64,000 nt of DNA, from assembly GCA_965240325.2 (NCBI GenBank), contig OZ251227.1:930001-994000 (forward strand), written 5' to 3'. Of the stretch, positions 56,250-64,000 are shown piece by piece (the first letter of the stretch is position 1; the number at the start of each line of letters is the position of its first letter). The translations under genes were made by a program, and so were the position numbers. The notes below the pieces were generated by a model that saw only the letters and a list, made by a program, of their open reading frames with translations, searched no databases and had not been told where the DNA came from. Source of the stretch: Rebecca billardiae RCC1528 (taxonomy: Eukaryota; Protista; Haptophyta).

Positions 56250-56987
56250 ATGATGACGACCACGATGGCCATCGTGCTGGCCCTTGGGCTCCCGCAACGC
56301 GCGCTCGGATTGCAGTGGGCCAGGCCCATTGGTCTTGGCTCCCGCCGCATCGACCACGCGCGCTCTGCGATGACCATGTCGGATACTGGTCCGCTGGCAT
56401 ATCTCGCCAGCCTGTTCGGAGACGAAAGCACCACGGATGAGCCCTCGCCTGAGCTTGAGGAGCTCGTCGAATTCTTGACGCGAGATGCTGGGTTCGTGTT
56501 CAGGATGACCCTCGGCTCGGAACCGGCGCGTATGGCTGGTGGGACTGGCCAGCTCGCCCAGGGCTCGAGCGCCACGGTGGGCATCGAATTGCCCTGCCGA
56601 TTCCGCGTGGACGACACGCCAGGCTTTGATCCGTTGCAAGGTGATGTCGAGGTGCTCAAGAAGTCGAAGTACCTGACCACGCCGCCGTGCTTCTGGATTG
56701 CTGACTGTGACACGGGGGAGACGTTGCCGTCGCTCTGGCAGATGCGCGTGCGCTGCACGGGCGTGAGCGTTGGAGGCGACGAGCTGATCCCAGATGGGCT
56801 CATCTTCTTGGATGCTCGGATCGGGAAGAAGCGGCTGGGCGGGTACGAGCTGCTCGATGGGAAGGTGACGGTGAAGGAAGACGTCAAGTTCAGTCGAGGC
56901 ATTCTGGCAGAGCTGAAGACCGTTGGCACATTCACCGTGTCACTCAGGGAAGCCGACGACCGGGACGAATCCTCTGCGGGGCGATGA
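56250..56987 (+). CDS. Hypothetical protein with signal peptide plus transit-like leader (possible plastid protein)
   Basis: Hydrophobic signal ending ALG followed by an Arg/Ser-rich stretch; globular C-terminal part. Confidence 0.65.
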   Translation: MMTTTMAIVLALGLPQRALGLQWARPIGLGSRRIDHARSAMTMSDTGPLAYLASLFGDESTTDEPSPELEELVEFLTRDAGFVFRMTLGSEPARMAGGTGQLAQGSSATVGIELPCRFRVDDTPGFDPLQGDVEVLKKSKYLTTPPCFWIADCDTGETLPSLWQMRVRCTGVSVGGDELIPDGLIFLDARIGKKRLGGYELLDGKVTVKEDVKFSRGILAELKTVGTFTVSLREADDRDESSAGR

Positions 56988-57330
56988 GACATTGATGAGT
57001 CACGGCAGGCCCGATGAGACGGGCCGGACGCAGCAGCAGCGGAGACGCTATTCTCCCTAGATATCATCCATGCTGCGCCGTGCGCGGAGTGCGCGGGAGC
57101 AGCGTCGTGTAGTGTCAGTGGCCACCGCACACCCGCGCGCCGATCAGTGCCGATGAGCCTCCCGATAATCGATATCAATTATCATCGATGACATAGTTAC
57201 AGCAGTGACGACATCTATAGAAATTTATTCGTGCGTCTATAAGAATTAAGATGATCGTCATCGTCATCATCACTCAGACACTCATAAGTCATATAGAATT
57301 CGATCATCGAGATTCCGCGCGGAGTACTGT

Positions 57331-57465
57331 ATGGCCGCCTCGATGAGGTGCGGCAACGCGCCCCTCACCTGCCTGCGCCGGTCTGTTTTGTGGCGGTGTC
57401 TTTGTGCAGTGTTGGATGGCGTTAATCACGCCTTAACCAAGTGTGCACGTTAAATCATAGTAAAC
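57331..57465 (+). repeat. Solo copy of structured repeat C
   Basis: Aligns to 55111-55253 and 54650-54739; ACTGTA occurs at both boundaries. Confidence 0.85.
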
Positions 57466-58045
57466 TGTACTCTTTCCGCGTCTTTTGACAATATAGAGAG
57501 AGAGAGAGAGAGAGGGAATACTAATACTTTGACCATTTATTCATCATCAATTTCATTATTCATTGATGGCGGGGCATTCATTGGCGCCGCCCGCGCAATC
57601 AGTCAGTCAGTCAGAATCCGAGCGGGAGCCTCAGCCAGTTACACACAGGCAACAGGCAGGGACCCGATGTAACCGGCCGACGCGGAACGGTGTCAAGTGA
57701 CCGCGCGGCCCCGGCTACGGCTGTAAGTGTAAATAAACGGACCAATGGACGACGACCATTCGACCAACGGCCGCCACGCTAGTCTAGCTAGTAGCTTACA
57801 CGAATCAGTCACGGTTCTCACTACTGACACTGAGTCTGAGACAGAGTGATTCAACCCGAACGGTGCAGAGCAGCTCACGGCGGCCAGGTGCCCCGGACGG
57901 GGTCGGGTGACGCACATGTCGGAATTGATGAAGTGGCTGCTGCCTCAGCAGTCAGCGCGAGTCCCAGCCAGGCACACGGTCCGTTGCGAGCCGCCTGCTG
58001 CGGCGTGTAGGCGCATCGGCGACAGGAAAAGGATAAGAGCCAGCC

Positions 58046-60796
58046 CTAGTTGTACGGCACGGCGCCTGGCCGATTCTTCTCGGCCTCCTTGTCCGCGGCG
58101 ATCTTCTTCTTGATGGTCTCCTCGTCGATCTCGACCTTGCCGGCGTACGACAGGAACGCAGGCAGCGTCTCGGGCCGCTTGGCGAGCTTGAGGAACTCTT
58201 GCCTGTAGTACAGCACAGTGTCGATGTGCGTCTGGTGCTTCACGGCAAGGTCGAGCGCGATCTCCCACTGGTGCCGCCGGATGTTGAGCTTGATCGCGCG
58301 GTAGATCAGCCGTCCCTGCACGAGCACCTGCGTCGCCTCCTCCGGCTTGCCCTGGAAGTTGAGCACCGCAGCCGAGCGTGACTCCTGCGGTCACACCACG
58401 ACGGGCGCGGAGGGCACGCGGATTGTGGCGCGCGCTGGGGGGTGAGAGCGGCGCACCAAGGGGCTTGCAAAATCTATTTTGTAAGCCCCTTGGGCGCACG
58501 CCTCGGGAGCAGCGCGGCGCGGCAGCACCGGAGCGGCGCGACACCGTGCGCACACACACCTCCGTGGGCAGCTCCTTGATGTACAGCATGTACTTGAGCT
58601 TGTCCACCTCCTCGATCGCCGCGTACGCCACCTCGGCGGCGTTGTAGTCCTTCCCTGCGACCGCCATCGCCGCGAGGCATGCCCAGAGCTGCTGGTCCTT
58701 GCAGTAGCGGCACAGCCGCAGCGCCGCCTCCCACTCGGACGCGGCGCAGTACGCCTGCAGCTTCGCCGGGTACGGCGAGAGGGCGACGGCCATCAGCGCG
58801 CCGTCCGAGCGGCGGATCGTGGCGCGCGTGCCCATGAACGACGCGCAGCGCGGCAGCTTGCCCAGCTCGCTCGCGTCCTGCTCGGAGCGCGTGCGCGGCA
58901 GCAGGTCGCGGTCTGTGAACGCCGCCTGCGGGCAGTACCACACGAGCAGCTTGCCGTCCGCGAGCGCGAGCAGCATGTCGTTGTCGTCGTTCCACTGCGC
59001 CGAGTCGACCATGGTGGTCAGCTTGACGAGGTCCGGCGAGTCCGACACGGGTGACATGTACAGGTCGCGGTTGCGGTCGATGATGCAGAACTTGCGCTCG
59101 TACGCGTGGCCGACCTGCGAGAGCAGCACCTCGTCCACGTCCATCACGTGCGAGAAGTCCTTGCACGCCTGCTTGCCGGTCACGCAGTCGAGGAAGCGCA
59201 CGATGGTGGGCGCGGAGCGCTCGACGCACGCCGCCGCGTCGTTCGAGATCGACAGCGTCGCGTGCGAGACGAACTCGGGGCGCAGCCCGGGGAACTTGAG
59301 CTGCGACATGAGGCGGCCCTCATACGAGAAGACCTGCACGCCCGTGAGGTTGTCCACGGTCGCAAAGTGCTTCGCCGTCAGCTTGAGCATCGAGACGGAC
59401 TCCTTCAGGTCGAAGATGTGCGGCGTGTTCCAGTTGTTCACGGAGTAGATCACGCACTGCGCCGATGTCGCCACCACCAGGTGGCCGAACCCCATCGCGA
59501 ACTCGATCACGCGGTCACGGAACTCGAGCTCGTCGGGCGCGCCGTCCGCGATCACGTCGTGCACGACCAGCTTGGCAGCCTCGACCAGCCGCACCTCGTA
59601 GTGGCTCCAGGACACCTCCCTGCGCGGCGCGGCGCGGTGGGCGGGGGGACGACGCGCGCGCTCAGCGACGGCGCTGCGTGGCTGACCGCCCCGCCCCTGG
59701 CTGCGCGACGCCCCGGCGCTGTGTGTGTGTCGCGCGCGCGCACCGGTCAACAATCTGCCCAAAGCAGACGGCGCCGTTACCGCCGGCCGCCGCGAGCTGC
59801 GTGCCGTCGCTCGTCCACGCGATGGAGTAGATGGAGCCCGCGTCGGGCGCCGAGCGCGAGAGCGACCAGCCCGTGCGGTCGCACAGCCGCAGCATGTTGA
59901 ACGAGCCCACCGCGAAGTACGAGCCGCTCTGGCACCACTTGACCGCCGTGACGGCAAAGTCGAACGGCGCCGAGGCGTACAGCTGCCGGCCAAACGCGTC
60001 CCAGATCTTGTACCGGCAGTCCTCCGCGCCCGAGACGATGAGGTTGTTCACCACGTTCCAGTCGACCGACGTGACCGGCGCGTCGTGCGCCTTCCACTGC
60101 GTCTGCTTCGTCGACGGCTGCAGCGGCTTGATGATGAGCTCCTTGCCCGCGGCGAAGAGGAGGGAGTTGGCGTCGGGCGACCACGCGATCGCGTAGATGC
60201 TTTGGTCTGCGCGCGCGGCGAGGGGTGAGGCGAGGGCGGCAGACGGGCGGGCGGTGGGAAGGGGGTCTGTCAGCTCCGAGCGCTCGTGCGCCACGCCTCG
60301 CGCCACCGCTGCTCACGCCGCGCTCGGCGCAGCTTGCGCGCGCGTGGGCGCGTCCGCCCGCACCGATCTGCGTGATGGTCGACCGCAGCATGCCTGCGCG
60401 ATTCCACGTCTTCACCACGCCGTCCTCGCCCGCGGTGGCGAGCGCCGTGCCGTTATAGTCCCAGCGGAGGGAGATCACCGCGCCCTTGTGAGCCTCGACG
60501 CTCTTCTCGATCCGGCCCGCCTTGTTGATCAGCTTGAACGTGCCGTCAGTGCAGGAGACCACAAAGATCTCCTGCTCCTTGCGGCCCGACTTGCCGGCGA
60601 CGGCCGGGAACCAGTCGAGAGCGGTGACGTAGCCATCGATCTCCATGAGCTGCCCCACCGGCTCCTGGTTCATCGACCATCGCCAGATGGTCTTGTCATC
60701 CGAGCACGACACGAGCTCGTTCGCAAACGACCAGCCGACGGCCGTCGCGACCTCCTTGTGCTGGTGCTGGCGCTGCGTGCTCACCTTGAGACGCAT
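58046..60796 (-). CDS. IFT80: Intraflagellar transport protein 80; introns 60207-60363, 59620-59743 and 58385-58559
   Basis: MRLK, GRIEKSVEAHKGA, TAGEDG..K.W.R.GMLRST, WKAHD, SGAEDCRYK.WD, AVGSFN.LRLCD.TGWS, NWNTPHIFD, AE.AYAAI.EVDK, THIDTVL. Confidence 0.97.
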
Positions 60797-60975
60797 CGTG
60801 CGAGGCGGGCACTCCCGACCGTCGGCGCCCCAGGAGCCGCCCCCGCGTGCACGCGGAGAGCGCTGGCGAGCGCAGGCAAGCCTGCTGGACCGCCGGCTCC
60901 GCCGCACTTGCGCAGCAACCGCTGCGCGCACCCTGTGTCTCGGCGTCCGTTAGAAGATCGACGCGGAGGAGCGCG
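60797..60975. promoter_or_regulatory. Putative bidirectional promoter shared by IFT80 and the CFAP52-like gene
   Basis: 179 bp between divergent ATGs; no motif verified. Confidence 0.5.
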
Positions 60976-63219
60976 ATGGAGCCCGGGCCGGCTGGTGCCG
61001 GCGCGAACGGCTCGGGCGAGCCCCTCGCCTCGATGGAGCTCGAGCACGCGATCGGCTTCACCGGCTCGCTGAAGAACTCGCTGCACCTGCTGCCCAACGG
61101 CCAGGAGGTCATCTACGTCGCCGGCGGCTGCGTGGTGATCGCGAGCCTGTCCGACCCGCACCAGCAGACGTTCCTGCGCGGCCACACCGAGCCGATCTGC
61201 TGCCTCGACGTGAGCCCGGACGGGCGGCTGGCCGTGTCGGGCCAGCGCGGACGGATCGCAGACGTCATCGTCTGGGACCTCGAGCAGCGCCGCGAGCTCT
61301 ACCGCCTGCAGGAGCACGACGCGCACCTGGAGGGCGGCATCGCGCTCGTCGCGTTCGCGGACGACTCGCGCTTCCTGCTCACGGTGGGCATGCTCCCGGA
61401 GGACAACAAGATGATGGTGTGGGACATGCGCACGGGCCACATCGTCGCCTCGTACGAGCGCGACACGCCGATGACCTGCGCGGCCTGGGGCGGGCGCGTG
61501 AAGGATGTGAAGCGCCGGCCGACCATGCACCCGCAGCTCGTGACGGCCGGCACGGACGGCCTCAAGTATTGGGACCTCGACCCAATGAACGGGCTGACGT
61601 GGGAGCCGGTGCTCACCTCGACGCAGAAGCGCGTATACACCTGCGTCGCCTTCTCCCCCGCCGAGGACCTCATGTTCGCCGGCACGCTCACGGGCGACTT
61701 TTGCGTGCTCAACGTGCCGCGGCGGCTCTCGTCGGGCGAGCTGGAGCGAGTCAACCTTCGGCTGACTGTGATGGTGTGCTCGGGCGGCATCCACTCGCTG
61801 CGGACGGACGGGCGGCAGCTGCTCGTCGGCGGCGGCGACGGCTCGATCACGGCGTACGACTGCGACTACGACGACGGCTTCAAGCCGCAGAAGGTCACCG
61901 AGCGGCTCGAGGGCCTGGTGACCTCGATCAGCGTGCGCTCGGGCCGCGCGGTGTTTGGCACGTCGCAGGGCTGCATCTACGAGCAGCCGCTGCAGCCGTC
62001 GGGGAGCTCGCACGGCGGGCCGCCCACGCCGGTCTCGCGCGCGCACTGCGCACGCGTCGTCGGCGTCGCGTACGCGCCGGGCGACTCGGTGCGCTTCGCC
62101 ACCGTCGCCGACGACCTGACGATGCGCATCTGGAACGCGTCCGACTACTCGGTCGAGGTGCAGGCGCTCACGCGCGACGCGGGGCTGCCGCTCTGCATCG
62201 CCTTCTCGGGGACGGCGGTGTTCGTCGGGTGGGAGGACGGGAAGATCCGCGCGTACGACGCGGACGACGGCGCGCACATCTGGGCCATCGACGAGTGCCA
62301 CCGCGGCGGCGTCTCCTGCCTCGTCCTCTCGCACAACCAGCGCTTCATGTGCTCGGGCGGGCAGCGAGGCGAGGTGCGAGTCTGGGAGCTCAAGACGCGG
62401 ACGCTCGTCTCCCACCTCGTCCAGCACGACGAGCCGGTGCGCGCGGCGGCGGGGGGGTCGCCCTCGGCGGGTCGCGCGCGCGCGCGCCACCTCCTGGCCG
62501 TGCTCGCCCCCGCGCTCGGCATCGCGTTCATCGCTCGCGCCCGTCCGGACCTCGGCGCGAGCGTCGCCGCCCGCCTGACGCCGCGATGCCCGCGCGCGCT
62601 CCGCGCGTGCGCGCCCGGCCGCCGCGCAGGTGAACGAGCTCGTGCTCTCAGACGACGACCTGCTGCTCTACTCGGCGAGTCGCGACCGCTCGTTCATCTG
62701 CTGGGACCTGCGCGAGGAGAAGAGGCTCGTGACGAAATCGCAGAGCGCCGGCGGCATCAACGCGATCGTGCTGCTTCCGGCGCCCACGCCCGAGGCGCGC
62801 GCACCGCGCCGCATGTGCTCTGCGCGCATTTGCTTTGGCTCCCGCGCTGACGCCGTGCCTGCTCCGCCGCTGCCCGCACGTCGCTCGCGCCCGCGCAGAA
62901 GCAAGTGTACGTGATGAGTGTCGGCCAGGAGAAGATGCTCACCTACTGGGACATGCGGCAGAACTCGCCGCTGAACAAGGTCCCGATCGGCAAGGAGCAG
63001 ATGTGCATCGCGGCCTCGTCCAACGGCAACGTGGTCGCGTTCGGCGGCGTGGACAAGATCGTGCGGCTGTACGACACGCTCGAGTACTCGCCGCTGGCAG
63101 AGTGCATCGGCCACTCAGACGCCATCGTCTCGATCAAGTTCAGCCCAGACGACCGCCAGATCGTGTCGACAGGTGCGGATGGATGCATCTTCGTCTGGAA
63201 CGTGTACTTCGGCGCGTAA
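60976..63219 (+). CDS. CFAP52/WDR16-like WD40 protein; introns 62437-62629 (GT-AG) and 62795-62898 (GC-AG)
   Basis: LEHAIGF.G, Q.FLRGH..I.CL.VS.DGR...SGQ...ADVIVWD, GHS..I..IKFSPD.RQIVS.G.DG.IFVW. Confidence 0.85.
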
Positions 63220-63387
63220 GGACTAAGGAGCCGTACTATTCGGCGTCGTAATAACGTCTGAGCAATCAGACTGTGCCGCCTGCCGAGTGCGAGTGCGGGT
63301 AGTCGGCGTTTCGATGACGACCGGCCGTTGCCACCTGGCGGCGCTAATTGAATATATTATTATAAACTAGCTATATATACATATTAT

Positions 63388-64000
63388 GATCGGCTACGCC
63401 GATCTTCGGGTAGTAAACAACGAAGTTGAGGGCGCACGGCCCTACTGGTATGCAATAGTCGTCGCGTTCTTCACCGAATGACGATGCGCGCGCCCGGCGC
63501 GTCGCCGTGCAGGAGGCGCGGGCGCGAGTAATCGACGCGGTCGACGGCCCGGGCCTCGGGGGGCTGCGCCGCCTGTCGAACTCGACGCGCAGCAGCCGCA
63601 GCGCCTCCGCCCGGTGCGCATCGGGCAGCCCTGTTGTCTGTGGCCGCGCGCAGCGCGGAGATCGCGCTCGGCAGCTCGCCCGTCTCAGCCTCGCACAGCC
63701 TCGCGCGCTCGGCGGGATCGGCGCAGCGTCGGACGAGCTCGCTGCGGGGAAGAGCGTCGCGAGCAGCCGCGGCTCGAGCCTGTCTATCTACGACCTCCCG
63801 CAGCCGCAGTAGCCGCTCCTTGCACGCCTTTGTCTGTCAGGCTCGCCGCCGCGTCGATGCACTCGGTGCGAGGGCCGCTGCATGGCTGTGCGCGTCGGTG
63901 CCGCCGCGGGTGCTGTCGGCCGACGGCCCGGAGCGCGAGGACTACTGCGAGCACGGGCGAGAGGGGAGCACGGCGTCGCCCGTAGCATATGCCAACTCGC
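63388..64000 (-). mobile_element. Family-A Helitron2-like element (copy A3; runs off the window)
   Basis: Hairpin at 63388-63404 and subTIR; about 63480-63827 aligns with 5831-6185, then diverges. Confidence 0.85.

Noticed and set aside
57331-57465. Hammerhead ribozyme or Penelope pseudo-LTR in repeat C
   Set aside because: No CUGANGA/GAAA core on either strand
37354-62898. Introner-like repeated introns
   Set aside because: Introns share composition and splice motifs but no alignable sequence by eye

Overview
GC-rich (roughly 70%), compact eukaryotic nuclear DNA from a flagellated alga. IFT80, a CFAP52-like WD40 gene, bipartite-type presequences and short GC-rich introns with GTGCGC-like donors suggest a haptophyte, possibly Pavlovales (inference only). 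About 24 protein genes are present, mostly in head-to-head pairs with 0.1-0.3 kb between starts: GT-like/NTPDase, WD40/EGF-GH16, PHF5A/HMG-box, sds22-like/D-cysteine desulfhydrase, cyclin Y/membrane protein, BolA/Kelch and IFT80/CFAP52-like. Other genes include a LIMK/TESK-like kinase, a two-repeat cyclic-nucleotide-binding K+ channel, a MYND-HSP20-CS fusion and an intronless cyanuric-acid-hydrolase (AtzD)-family gene with a mitochondrial-type presequence. The AT-richer spacers hold a nested set of non-autonomous mobile elements that the ORF track does not show. (i) Two sequence-unrelated Helitron2/Helentron-like families share one end architecture (GNA-triloop hairpin, CAAC-GnA-GTTG mini-hairpin, asymmetric TIRs); one family carries swappable gene-like cargo. 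(ii) A canonical Helitron whose empty site is visible elsewhere in the window. (iii) A gag-only copia-like LTR element inserted into one Helitron2-like copy. (iv) Several MITEs. (v) A decayed tyrosine-recombinase element with dispersed end repeats. Repeat copies diverge mainly by small insertions and duplications rather than substitutions. All alignments, splice sites and domain calls were made by eye and need computational confirmation.
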